Shown: positions 43,156-55,082, counted from the first letter of the stretch. The stretch: 64,000 nt of DNA from Octopus sinensis (GCF_006345805.1 NW_021833429.1:11374-75373), one strand, 5' to 3'. Numbers and translations are program-made. Notes: a model not told the origin generated them from the sequence alone.

Positions 43156-44425
43156 GAGGGACGTTCAATAAGTAATGCCCCTGACACACTTCCCATAGCA
43201 GTAGAGCAACGAAACTTGGCACAGTTATTGGTCTTGTTCTACATAAGAACCACCCAGAGTTACGCATTTCTCCCATCGTTTGATGCAGCTCTGGAGACCG
43301 TTTTTGTAGAAGACCCCAGCTTGGTCCTCCAACCACGACGTGACTTCAGAAATCAAGGCTGCATCATCTGGGAAATGCTTTCCTTTCAAAAACAACTTCA
43401 TGGCTGGGAAGAGGTGAAAATCAGAGGGTGCAAGAGGAGGAGTTCATAGCTGCACGCCTGTGCTTCTGATCTGGCGACACGCGAGTTGTGGACCGGAGCG
43501 TTGTCCTGCAAGAGAAGGATGCCTTTGCTGATCTTGCCCCACCTCTTGATTTTGATAGCTTCTCTTAATTTCCTCAAAAGTGAAGCATAATGGCCTCCTG
43601 TAATTGTGGTACCCTTTGCCAGGAAATCTGTCATCAGTACTCCGCCCTGGTCCCAGAAGACTGTGAGCATGACCTTGCCAGCGGAGGGCTTTACCCTTGC
43701 CTTCTTTGGAGGAGGTGAGTCACGGTGCTTCCACTGCATTGACTGGGCTTTGGTCTCTGGATCATAGTGATGGACCCAGGTTTCATCCTGTTTAATCAGT
43801 CTTTTGAAAAATTTTGACTCATCTTCTTGGCACATCTCCAAATTCATCCTCGAGCACTCGACGCGTTCTTGCTTCTGGAAAGGTGTGAGCAACCTGGGAA
43901 TCCATCTGGCAGACACCTTTTGCATATGCAAATGGTCATGAATGATAGTTTCCACAGACCCGGTACTAATCTTGACCTCATGGGCTATTTGGCGAATAGT
44001 TATGCGTCGATTTTCCAAAATGGCAGCCTCAACTTGACGGACAGATGCCTCATCAATGGCAGAAGCGGGACGACCAGATCTGGGAGCTGTTTCCACAGAG
44101 TTCCGACCATGTTTGAATTCATGATGCCAGCGTTTTACAAGGTCATATGATGGGGCATCATCACCATAAATTACTTTCATTTCATCAAAAGTCTCCCGTG
44201 GTGTGCGTCCTTTCAAATACAAAAACCGGATCACTGCTCGACACTCAACAGGCTCCATTTAACACTTGACTCAGTTCAAACACCTGTAAATCAGAAACCA
44301 CAAATAGTTCAGAGCTGTAATTTGCCACTTAATCTATAGAGATATAAATAATTGCACATGCAAAATTTCAGCTAGATCAAACAACTGCAAGTGGGTCACG
44401 GGCATTACTTATAGAACGTCCCTCG
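43155..44425 (-). mobile_element. Full-length mariner (Tc1/mariner, D,D34D) DNA transposon, 1271 bp
   Basis: Left TIR CGAGGGACGTTCAATAAGTAATGCCCCTGACACAC at 43155; right TIR (reverse complement) CGAGGGACGTTCTATAAGTAATGCCCGTGACCCAC ending at 44425, 3 mismatches in 35. TA at 43153-43154 on the left; the right flank reads TG then (TA)n. Encloses the transposase ORF. Confidence 0.97.
43225..44258 (-). pseudogene. Mariner transposase, frameshifted
   Basis: MEPVECRAVIRFLYLKG..., HTH region, WIPRLLT (WVPHEL-equivalent), QDETWVHHYDPETK (first D), LLQDNAPVH (second D). After YELL the frame shifts; the other frame continues LAPSDFHLFPAMKLFLKGKHFPDDAALISEVTSWLEDQAGVFYKNGLQSCIKRWEKCVTLGGSYVEQDQ* to a TAA at 43225-43227. 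Restoring D34D spacing implies a 22-nt deletion of the PHPPYSPD codons (inferred). Confidence 0.95.
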
Positions 44426-44439
44426 TGTATATATATATA

Positions 44440-45286
44440 TATATAAATATAAAACTCAACTTGTGTGGCAGTGTGTGTATCTGTGTGATATATATAAAAC
44501 TCAACTTGTGTGTGTATCTGTGTGTGTGTCTGTGTGTTTAACTTCCCGGCACATCTCCTCCTAGCCAACAAATCGTAGAACCACAAAAAATGGGTCACTT
44601 AAAGTTTAGGCGAATGAAAATTGAACTGCGCTATTTCTGTTCCGAAATTCATCTCGCAAGTGCAAAAATCGTTTGTTTAGACCTTATGCCATGCATTGAA
44701 TAGTGAACTTTACTCAGCTGTTTGATGTGAACTGTGTTCACCACGCGTACAAGTATGCGTAGATTGCATGAAAAATAAAAAATCAAGATATAAAAATGAA
44801 TCGCCGTAAACATTGTAGAAATTCGGCAAAGAAATGAATTTTCGAGATGTAGCCTGGAGGGTTTTTTCGTATTAATCGTTTGGACTTTGAGAACACATAC
44901 CAATTGTTTTCATAACATTTTTAACGCTTTGAATTAAATGTGACCATTTTGCGTTGAGTCTGCAGTTTGAATCACTTTAACCAAATTTTAGCAGGCCGGA
45001 TTTTTGATCATCACGATACATCGCCAGCGACTCCCTGAAACTCTCCCCTGAAATACTGATCTAAAGGAATAATTCAACAATGCAATTATTTGATCAACAA
45101 AAATTTATGAAACGCTTCTACGTACTTGCTATTGAGGAAATGGAACACATAAGCGCAAAAATAGAGGGCATTAAATGATTGATTTTAAAACCAAAATAAT
45201 TGAATTTTGATTGAACTTCATCCAAGTTTAGCTGAATTTGTGCGTGCATAGAACGCGCGAGCGCACGAGCCGGGCAATACTGCTAG
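44440..45286 (+). mobile_element. Probable non-autonomous Helitron
   Basis: 5' TATATAAAACTCAACTTGTGTG head (present twice); 3' end GCGCGAGCGCACGAGCCGGGCAATACTGCTAG|T, a GC-rich subterminal motif plus CTAG followed by T. Confidence 0.6.
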
Positions 45287-45322
<36 letters not shown>

Positions 45323-45507
45323 ATACACACACACATACATATATGTATATTGGTGAGAGTATTTCTCGTTTAGTGCCTTACTATTTAATACACTCACCGG
45401 TTCGATTTCGATTTCCACTCATTTACTTATTTGTTTTTTCTATAATTTACCTTGAGTCTTGCAACCTCTTCAATAGTCGTTAATTCAATCTGTTATCCAA
45501 TACAGAA

Positions 45508-45549
<42 letters not shown>

Positions 45550-45550
<1 letters not shown>

Positions 45551-45670
45551 GAAGCTTACTTCACAACCGCATGGTGCCGGGTTCAGTCCCACTGCATGGT
45601 ACATTGGGCATGTGTATTTTACTATAGCCTCTGGCCGACCAAATCTTTGAGTGAATTTATAGAGACGGAA
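45550..45670 (+). mobile_element. SINE family B head
   Basis: GGGTTCAGTCCCACTGCATGGTACATTGGGCATGTG...TATAGCCTCTGGCCGACC. Confidence 0.7.
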
Positions 45671-46863
45671 ACTGATTTAGGCACAATCCCAATAAATTAC
45701 ATGGAAGAGGCTCAACTGATTACGTTGGCCCCAGTATTGGACTAGTACTCTATTTTATTGACCCCAGAAGGGTAAAAGGTTAAGTTGACCACAGTGGGAT
45801 TTGAACTAAGAATATACAGGGCAGGAATGAATCGAATTCTGCAGGTAATTTTTTTTTCCGACGCTCTAACGACTCTGTTAATCGGACACGTACGTCTGCA
45901 CAAATACGTGAACAGGTTTGCGTGCGTTCGCGTGTGTATTTGGGTATGGAAGAGTTGAGGAAGCAGTTTGAAGATTCAATTCATTGTCTGATTGTTACGC
46001 TTGATTGAATGTACGTGTCATAAAACTCTAATTAGGACTCCTAATAATTAATTAATTAACGTTGCTGTACAATTTACATAGCTATATTCAATTGTTTCTA
46101 AGTTTATGTAAACAATTAAAGTATTACAAGCTAATATTGTCCCTGCCTTCAGAAAAGTGATTAATCGATCTCTGATGAAGCGGTAATAATTACCGAAACT
46201 AGTTAAAATGAAACCTTTTTAAAAACATATTTGTTTATCCATGTAGTCAAAGTGTCACAGGGAATCTAAAACGTGCTCTTAAAATTAAAATTTACATTCT
46301 CAATTTAATTTGTATGTGTGTGTGTGTGTGTATGAGGGGGTGGTGCATAATTTGATACATGAAGATTTGAAAGCACAATGTGAACCAACAATAAGAGTAC
46401 AACATCAAGTTGGAGCAGATTTTGGCTGCGATTCTATAAAAGCGAGAAATTCTTGCTTGCATTTAACTACGTAATTCCGCTTACATGTGTGCGGGCATAT
46501 ATATATATATATATACATGCATAATGCATACATACATATAGATACATGTACACATACATACATACGCACACACATCCACTCATTGGTGTCTATTTGTCTA
46601 AATGTGTGTATTCGAATGAGCGTGTTTCTGTAGTTTCTTTTTCCTTTTTTGTGTTTTGTAAGGAACTGGCTATTCTTGTCTCTGGCAGACTATCAAACAA
46701 GACAAGCAACTTTATACACTCTTCCATAGTCTAATCCTACTGCTAACAACTTCACCATCATCATCACTACTGCCTTTATATTTTGCCAAACCAAACCAAA
46801 CCCAACCTTCATCACTCTCTCTCTCTCTCTCTCTCTGTCCCTCCCACGCTCTCTCTCGTTCTC

Positions 46864-46895
<32 letters not shown>

Positions 46896-47016
46896 CCTCT
46901 TTTTCATTTTTCTTTCGTCTTTGTTTTTTGTATACCTTCTATTATTGCATTTGTTTTGTTTTTCTTCTTCTCATGTTTAATCTTTTTGTTGTTATCATTT
47001 ACATATCTCTATGAAG

Positions 47017-47064
<48 letters not shown>

Positions 47065-47545
47065 TCTGTATATGTATATGTATGTGTGTGTATGTGTTTA
47101 CATACATACACATCTGTATCTATGTCTATTTATCAGTCTTTTATATACTATTTATCAGGCTTCCTTCATACCTGTGTGTGTGTGTGAAATGCATGCATAG
47201 ATTGTTTATATATAACGGACTAGAAAGAAAATCCCCAGTACTTAGAATATATATTCTCGCCTGCTCTATGTGACTCTCGTGACGAGTATTACCCAATGAA
47301 AAAGATGCATCAGTGTTTTATTGGTTTAAGATACGGTTTTCTGATGAGTTGAATAGTCACGAAACTTGGACATATAAGATATTATAATATATATATATAT
47401 ATTATATATATATATATATTGAAACAACCACTCTTTCCTTCTCTGAGTGTCTTAGTAATACTTTGTATGTGCTATTTCCTAACGTTGTTGTTATTCTTGT
47501 CTTTTCCTGTTTTTTTTATTATAAATAAATAAATATATATATATA

Positions 47546-47758
47546 CGAGGGTGTGCTTTAAAAGTTTCTGGCTATGGGCAAAACAAATACAGGAGGATCA
47601 GTTAATTATGATATTATTCAAGATATTCTTCTCTCAGGTATTCACACATTTATTGCAGCGGGCTTTCAATTTTTTCTAAACCCTGTAGAAGAACTCAGAC
47701 GGTTGGGCCTCCAGTCAGGCGATACCCTTAAAGCCATAAACTTTTCAGCACCCCCTCG
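47546..47758 (-). mobile_element. Mariner-derived MITE / internal deletion derivative, 213 bp
   Basis: TA|CGAGGGTGTGCTTTAAAAGTTT ... AAACTTTTCAGCACCCCCTCG|TA: imperfect TIRs with TA duplication. The minus strand of the interior encodes a decayed mariner C-terminus (EFFYRV*KKLKARCNKCVN...EYLE*). Confidence 0.85.
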
Positions 47759-47810
47759 TATATACATATATATATATATATATATAATAAATTGATAAAT
47801 AAAGCATATG

Positions 47811-48260
47811 CATATATACATATATGTACGTACCTACATCTACATGTATATACACATGCATAAATGGGTACAGGACACAAAGAAAAACGTCGAACACAAT
47901 GAGAAATGAAAACATAAACACAAAACCAAGGAACTGGACATTTTTCTTAAACAACGAAAAAATAGAGTACAGGACAAATAACACAAGGAAATTTCCCCTT
48001 CTTCAGTCGCCATGGTTTCATCTACTCTGCGTTTCGAAGGTGAAGGCGATACGCATTTCCGATAGAATCTTTCCTTCCCGCGAAAAGCAAATTAAGTAAA
48101 ATTTGAGATCTTTTTGCGGAGGGATAAAAATTGTAACAAACACAGGACAGTAACGACAGTACAAAATATAAACAGTAAAAGACAGGACAAGGAGAATAAC
48201 AAGACAAGAAGGGCTGTTAAGCCGAACGAGATAAAGTATTACGAACGCTATTTTTGAGAA
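47811..48260. repeat. Interspersed repeat, copy 2 (longer)
   Basis: Homologous to 24561-24786 and extends about 220 bp further. Class unknown; a Penelope-like terminal repeat is suspected. Confidence 0.8.
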
Positions 48261-48483
48261 CGGCGAAGGAGTAACAGAAAATGCCGTCTACACTTTAAGG
48301 AAACCAGGTCAAAAAGACAGTAGCAGAGCTCTCGTCGCAGGTCAACGACGGGAGGGAGGAGGAGGAGCAAGAGAAAGGGGGAGAAAAAGGGAATGGTTGT
48401 GAGGAAACCAGAAAGAATGAAGAATGAGAGGGAGAGGGAGAGACAGTAAGGTAGAAGAAAAGGAAACCAGAAAGAATGATATA

Positions 48484-48649
48484 TACGACGGACTTCTTTC
48501 AGTTTCCGTCTACCAAATCCACTCACAAGGCTTTGGTCAGTCCGAGGTTATGGTAGAAGACACTTCCCCAAGATACCACGCAGTGGGATTGAATCCAGAA
48601 CCATGTGGCTGGGAAGCAAGCAACTTACCACAAAGCCACACCTGCGCCT
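48484..48649 (-). mobile_element. SINE family B, head half
   Basis: ACGACGGACTTCTTTCAGTTTCCGTCTACC...CACAAAGCCACACCTGCGCCT. Confidence 0.85.
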
Positions 48650-49302
48650 CACGGCCACACAGTTATTCGTGTATATGTGAAGAGCGACATTTAAATTTCT
48701 TAAAATGTTTCTCTTCACCATTTCTTGCAACCATTGTTGTTGCTGCCATTTTTCTTTCTCTCTTTTTCTTCTTCTCTCTCTTTCCTTTCAGACTTTTCCC
48801 ACCTTTCCCCTCTCCTCTCACTTCTCCCCACTCTTTCTTCTCACTCCCCTGCTATCTCTTTTCTCTGTTTGTTTTTGTGTCTTTTTTCTTAATTTCCTTC
48901 CTTTCCTTTTACAGCTGTTTTATTATGTTTTTTATAATTTTTTTGAAAAACTTTCTTTTTTTTCATTTCTTCCGCCCTGCTTGTTTTTTTATTCTTGTTT
49001 TGTTCGTTATTTTCCAATCATTTTTCTCTTTTCTCTCTCTCTCTCTCTCTCTCTCTCAATATACCTTCCTTTGACCACCACTCTCTCTGAGCAATGCAGT
49101 TTCCTTCAGACAATCTTTACTACTACTACCACTACCGCCACCATTACCTAACACACCTGCTCCTCCCCCTCTCCTCATCTTCTTCTCCTTCATATAGAAG
49201 AATTTCACTTCCTGTCCATTCAAACCTTCTTTCCCTCCTCCTCTTCCTCCTCACCTTCGCTCTCTCTTACTGGAAGACCTTTCTTGCTTTACTCTCTCAC
49301 AA

Positions 49303-49343
<41 letters not shown>

Positions 49344-49523
49344 GACACACACACACAATCTTATATACACTCGCGCACATATAGGCACACACACCATTCT
49401 TTTCCATTCTCTTTCTCTCGCTCACCCATTATTTCTCTCTCTGTCCTTATCTCTTTCTCTCTCTCTCTCTCTCTCGTTATCTCTCTTTTTCTCTCCGTCT
49501 CTTTTTCCACACTCTATTTTCCT

Positions 49524-49567
<44 letters not shown>

Positions 49568-49904
49568 CTTCACCACCTCCGATATCTTCATATTATCCCT
49601 CTATGCTCACCCCACTTCCTTTCTATCCCCTTCTGTTACATCACTCTCTCCATTTCCTATTTACCTTGCTAATCCTGCACCACGTGACCACAGCACCACC
49701 ACTACCGCCGCCCCAAGAACCCGTTCACCAGTTTCAGGGACACTGCCGTCTTCCTTCCCCTAACAACACCACTCGCGCTAGCTCCGAAGCTGCAATCACT
49801 GCTACCCCCTGGCCCCTTCAGACATCATCACCATCTTCACCATCAGCCACAACATATCAACACCACTAATACTACTACTACCACTACCCGGAATAACGAC
49901 CACC

Positions 49905-50520
49905 CGTGGTCGATCAACTTACTAGACATAGCAGTCAAGTGTCCTTCCACTCACACCCTATTATCTTAGGGTTTGACAAAGTTGGATATCGGTTCGAGGA
50001 TATGTGCAAATAGAAAAAAACTGGAATGGTCACGGCTAGAACGCTTTTGGTCATGGGTCTGCTTGATCAAGGCTTATTTAAGGTTGAACAATGGTATCAC
50101 CAACGAGGAAGGAATCTCTGCCTGGTTGATCGACCTGCTAAAAATAGCAACAAATCTCATCACATCTTGTAGTATGGAATAAGGAAAAGGAACGTCAGAT
50201 TATGCAGTCTACTGGAAAGAAAAAAAGATGGTAATGGTTGGAACGCCTTTCATCAAAGGCATGCCTATCAGGGATGGCCTAGGGCTAAACAACATCAACA
50301 ACGTTGAAGGTACCTCTACTGAGTTGCTCGACCTGCTAAAAATAACAGCCAAATTTCCCTCTTATCTCATCCTACTGTATTATTAGGGAAAGGACGCGTT
50401 AGATAATGTATTCCTCGATGGGTTTAGTATGTCTACTAAAAAGAAGAAAAGAAAACGACGGAATGGTCATGCTAAGAATGTCTTTGATTATGGGCTGACC
50501 AAGGGCTAAGCATCCACAAC
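49905..50520 (+). repeat. Three diverged tandem copies of an interspersed repeat of about 200 bp
   Basis: Each has CGACCTGCTAAAAATAGCA-like ... ATGGTCA(C/T)GGCT(A/G)GAA-like ... GGGCTAAACAAC blocks; related pieces near 3640-3850, 7160-7290, 51910-52310 and on the minus strand near 53590-53720 and 63660-63850. Confidence 0.7.
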
Positions 50521-50569
50521 AAGCACTACCCTCACAACAGCACTAATGTTACTAACACAGAAACAGTAT

Positions 50570-50955
50570 CACCACTACTACCACCACCACTATTACCACC
50601 ACCACTACTACCAGCACCAGCACCACCACAACTATCACTACCACCATCACTACAACCACCACCATCACCACCACAACCATCACCACCACAACAACCACCA
50701 CAACTACCACCACCACTACCACCACCATAACTACCACTACCACCACCACAACTACCACCACAACTACCACTACCACCACCATAACTATCACCACCATAAC
50801 TATCACCACCACCACTACCACCACCACCACTACCACCACCACAACTATCACCACCACCACCACTACCACCACCATAACTACCACCACAACTACCATCATC
50901 CCCACCACAACCGCCACCACCACCACAACTACCACCTCCACCACAACCACCACCA
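50570..50955. repeat. Long compound (CAC/TAC/AAC/CAT)n trinucleotide tract
   Basis: Directly visible; produces spurious poly-His and poly-Val ORFs. Confidence 0.95.
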
Positions 50956-51184
50956 CCACTTGGTGTTCACGGTACTACACAGCTCATACTACTTATACTA
51001 CTACCTTTACTGTAGCTACAATCTCGCATGTAATAATCTTTACTGCAACGAAATATCGCTTCGACCGACCTCAAAACCCACAATCGCCACACCCCCCCCA
51101 TTCCCCCCAGACCACCCCACCACACTACCCACAAAAACCGATGATAGAATAAGTACCTTTTTAAAAAATGAAAAAGTATTTTGA

Positions 51185-51364
51185 CCATTCGACTAACAAT
51201 TCTTCAAAATCGGTGCCCAGCATGCGCGGCCTAATAAACAGAAACAAATGAAAGACAGAACATAAAAGATGGAGATGAAAGCTTTTATGTTCTGTCTTTC
51301 ATTTGTCTGTTATTAGGCCGCGGCCATGCTGGAGCACCGATTTTGAAGAATTTTAGTCGAATGG
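51185..51364. repeat. Imperfect inverted repeat, arms of about 84 bp, 13-bp spacer
   Basis: CCATTCGACTAA...CAGAACATAAAAG / CTTTTATGTTCTG...TTAGTCGAATGG; the arms differ mainly by small indels. Confidence 0.92.
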
Positions 51365-51905
51365 AATCAAAATACTTTATTTCATTTTTTAAAAACCTGG
51401 TACTTATTCTATCAGTCGCTTTTTGCCGAAATTCTAAGTTACAGGGACGTAAACACACCAACACCGGTTGTCAAATGGTGGTCACACACACACACACACA
51501 CACACACACGCATACACATTTCATTGTTTTACTTGTTTCAGTCATTTGACTGCGGCCATGCTGGAGCACCACATTGAAAGGGTTTTAGTCGAACAAATTG
51601 ACCCCAGAGCTTATTTTGTTAAGCCTAGTACTTATTCTATCGGTATTTTTTTGGTGAACCGTTAAGTCACGGGGACATAAACACATCAAAACCGGTTGTC
51701 AAGCGGTGATGAGGTGATAAACACACACACACACATAGATATATACATATGAAGGGCTTCTTTCAGTTTCCATCAACCAAATTCCATCTACAAGGCTTCA
51801 TTCAGCCCAAGGCTATAATAAAAGACACTTGCCCAAAGTGTCACACACTGGAACTGAATCCGGAACCATGTGGTTGGAAAACAAGCTCCTTGCCACACAG
51901 CCACG
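51300..51905 (-). mobile_element. SINE family B with duplicated tail
   Basis: Tail block GCGGCCATGCTGGAGCACC occurs near 51320 and 51550; head ends near 51905. Confidence 0.85.
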
Positions 51906-52414
51906 ATTCAACGATCTTCGAGAAATAGCAGCCAAATCTTCCTCGAATGATGTGCCATTGTCTTCGAGAAGAGCATACTGGATAATGTGGCAGTATTACT
52001 AATTGTCTGCACAAGAAAATCTCGAGATGGTCATGGTTGAAAATGTCTTTCATTTTCGCTCTGTTCAGTCAAGGCTGACCTGGGGCTAAAACAACAAGCC
52101 GGCAGTTCATAGAGTCGTCCGATATACTGGAAATAGCAGCTAGATCGCCCTGTTTTCAAATACTACTAACATTGTCTGAGAAACGTAAATAACGTGTTCT
52201 TGGGTCCACTGCACATAGGAATATGATGGGATGGGCACGGTAGGAATTTTTTTCGTTATGAGTTGACTCGATCAGACCTGACCCGGGGCTAAATAACAAC
52301 AACACCAACCAAAACTACTTTACAACAACACCACCACCACCACCACCATCGCCACTACTACTGCTGCTGCTACTACTACTACTACTACTACTATTACTAC
52401 TACTATTACTACTG

Positions 52415-52458
<44 letters not shown>

Positions 52459-53768
52459 GCCGCTGCTGCTGCTACGCACCAAGACTACCTCATAAGATCA
52501 CTCCACGCCATCACCATTTTCAGCCGCACAAACTATGTCCTATACCACCACCATCACGTGACCATAACTACGAGAAACGGAACCACTTCCATCGTCACAT
52601 CACCACCACCACCACCACCATTTGCGAGAACAACACCAACAAAAAGAACAGCGACAGCAATAGCAAGAACAACAACGTAAATGGCAGCAACACCGTCGAA
52701 CGCAAAACCCCATTCAATGTCACCACCACCACCACCACCACTACTACTACTACTACCACCACCACCACCATTCACAACACCGACTGTTACATGCTACCAC
52801 CACCACCAGCACCATCATCACCACCACCACTACTACAACCACCTCTACTACCACCACCAGTCACAACACCGACACTTACACACTACCACCACCACACCAT
52901 TTCCCTGTAATAACAACAATAATAATAACAACAATCATTTAGCCCTCTACCATCCATCCTCACCCCCGCATACCATCTCTTCACATCAATGGCTGCCACG
53001 TCCAACCAAAGATGGCGGATTTCCCCGGGCGCGCCAGCTCATATGAATGCCTGGAATGTAAGCTCCGTTATAAAGCGTAAAAGGGGTGACGGTGAGGTGG
53101 AAGCGGCGATGGTGGTGGTGGTGGTGGTGGTGGTGGTGGTGATTATCGTTGTGGTGATATTGATGATTGTGGGTGTGGTGGCTGCTGTGGTAGCGCTACT
53201 GTTTGCAGTGGTGGTGGCTATGCTGCTGATTGTAGTGGTGCTTGCACTCGTAGCGGCGGTGGCGGTGGTGGTGGTGGTGGTTGTTAAAAACATGGTGCTG
53301 GTTATAGCGCTGGTGGTAGCATTGGTGGTGGTGTTTGCAGTGGTAACAGTTGAGATTGTGGTATAGGTACTGCTGGAGCTGTGTTATCAGCAACGCTGGC
53401 ATTACTGATAGTGGTACAGGAGGTAGTGGTTGTGGTGCCGGTGGTTTTGGACTGTTATAGTAGTTGTCATAGTTAGGTTGCAACATTATAATGTCTTACA
53501 ATGGTAGTGTTCTGGTGGTAGTCTTCGTGGTGGTTTTATTAAAATGTTGCTGTCGTAGCGCTAGTAGCTATGGGTGTCTGTCCTCATTTTATAACTGATC
53601 AAGCATAGCTCTGATCACAGTTGTTCTTTTGGTTTCTCCAAGATGTCCTTCGCCATTTTAAAGACCGAAGGATCTCTTTGAAGTGGGATTTGGCTTATAT
53701 TTCTTGCAAATCGATTGGCCACGAAGACGTTACTTTGTCAAGCAGCAGCAGCAACAGCAGAAGCAGTG

Positions 53769-53811
<43 letters not shown>

Positions 53812-53964
53812 TGGTAGTTGTAGTTGTAATGATGGTAGTGGCGGTAGTGAAGATGATAGTGTTGGAGGTAGTGGTGATGGTGGTGGTGGTGGTGGTGGTG
53901 GTGGTGATGGTAGCAGTGGAAGTTTGTGGTGATGGTGTTAGTATTAAAAGTGGTGCTACAGGAA

Positions 53965-54540
53965 CGATAACAGTTTCAAATTTTGCTAACAGGACAGCAA
54001 TTTTGGGGGAAGGGATGAGCCGATTCTATCGACCCCAGTGTTCAACTGATACTTATTTCATCGACCCCGAAAGGATGAAAGGCAAAGTCGACCTCGGCGG
54101 AATTTGAACTCAGAACGTAAAGACAAACGAAATACCTATTTCTTTACTACCCACAAGGGGCTAAACACAGAGAGGACAAACAAGTACAGACAAACGGATT
54201 AAGTCGATTACATCGACCCCAGTGCGGAACTGGTACTTATTTAATCGACCCCGAAAGGATGAAAGGCAAAGTCGACCTCGGCGGAATTTGAACTCAGAAC
54301 GTAACGGCAGACGAAATACCTATTTCTTTACTACCCACAAGGGGCTAAACACAGAGAGGACAAACAATGACAGACAAACGGACTAAGTCGATTATATCGA
54401 CCCCAGTGCGTAACTGGTACTTATTTAATCGACCCCGAAAGGATGAAAGGCAAAGTCGACTTTGGCGGAATTTGAAATCAGAACGTAGCGGCAGACGCAT
54501 TTTGCCCGGCGTGCTAACGATTCTGCCAGCTCGCCGCCTT
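53965..54540 (-). mobile_element. SINE family A with two 184-bp internal repeats
   Basis: TCGACCCCGAAAGG at 54061, 54245 and 54429; head AAGGCGGCGAGCTGGCAGAATCGTTAGCAC starts at 54540 on the minus strand. Confidence 0.92.
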
Positions 54541-54565
54541 TCCAGTCTAAATAATAATAATAATG

Positions 54566-54597
<32 letters not shown>

Positions 54598-55082
54598 TGT
54601 AGTGATGGCTATAGTCGTACTGGTGCTGCGATTTATGTAGGTGACGTGCATTATGAAGGCGGTGATGTTGGCGATCAGAATGAGCGATGGTGGAGACGGT
54701 AGTAGTAGTCATGGTGGTGTTGGTGGTGTTGACATTGGTTATTGACAATTGAGGTGACAACGGTGCATGATGGTGGTGGTGGTATTGGTGATGGTGGTTA
54801 ATGCGGTAGGATTGACAATGGCAGTGGCGGCACATTAGGGGCAGCAGCAGCAGTCGCAGTAAATGTGCCGCCATAGTGGGGGAGAGTACAACGTCATCGA
54901 ATATATTGCTCCTGGCGACTTTGATGTACTTGAGAATGCTGTATCTTCGAGAGAGAGCAATGGCGGCCTAAACAGACGCATAGAAGAAAGAGGGAGCGTG
55001 CGTGAGAGAGAAGAGTGGGTGGGAAAGGTAGTCTGGAATTTAAAGGGTTTAATGGGAACATACAGACAGATAGGGATGTGTA

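Noticed and set aside
43827-44150. 107-aa plus-strand ORF
   Set aside because: Antisense shadow of the mariner transposase.
50546-51184. 212-aa poly-His ORF and its antisense poly-Val ORF
   Set aside because: Translation of a trinucleotide microsatellite; no splice or homology support.
54061-54480. Tandem array as a CRISPR
   Set aside because: Units are 184 bp, near-identical, lack unique spacers and are SINE-derived.
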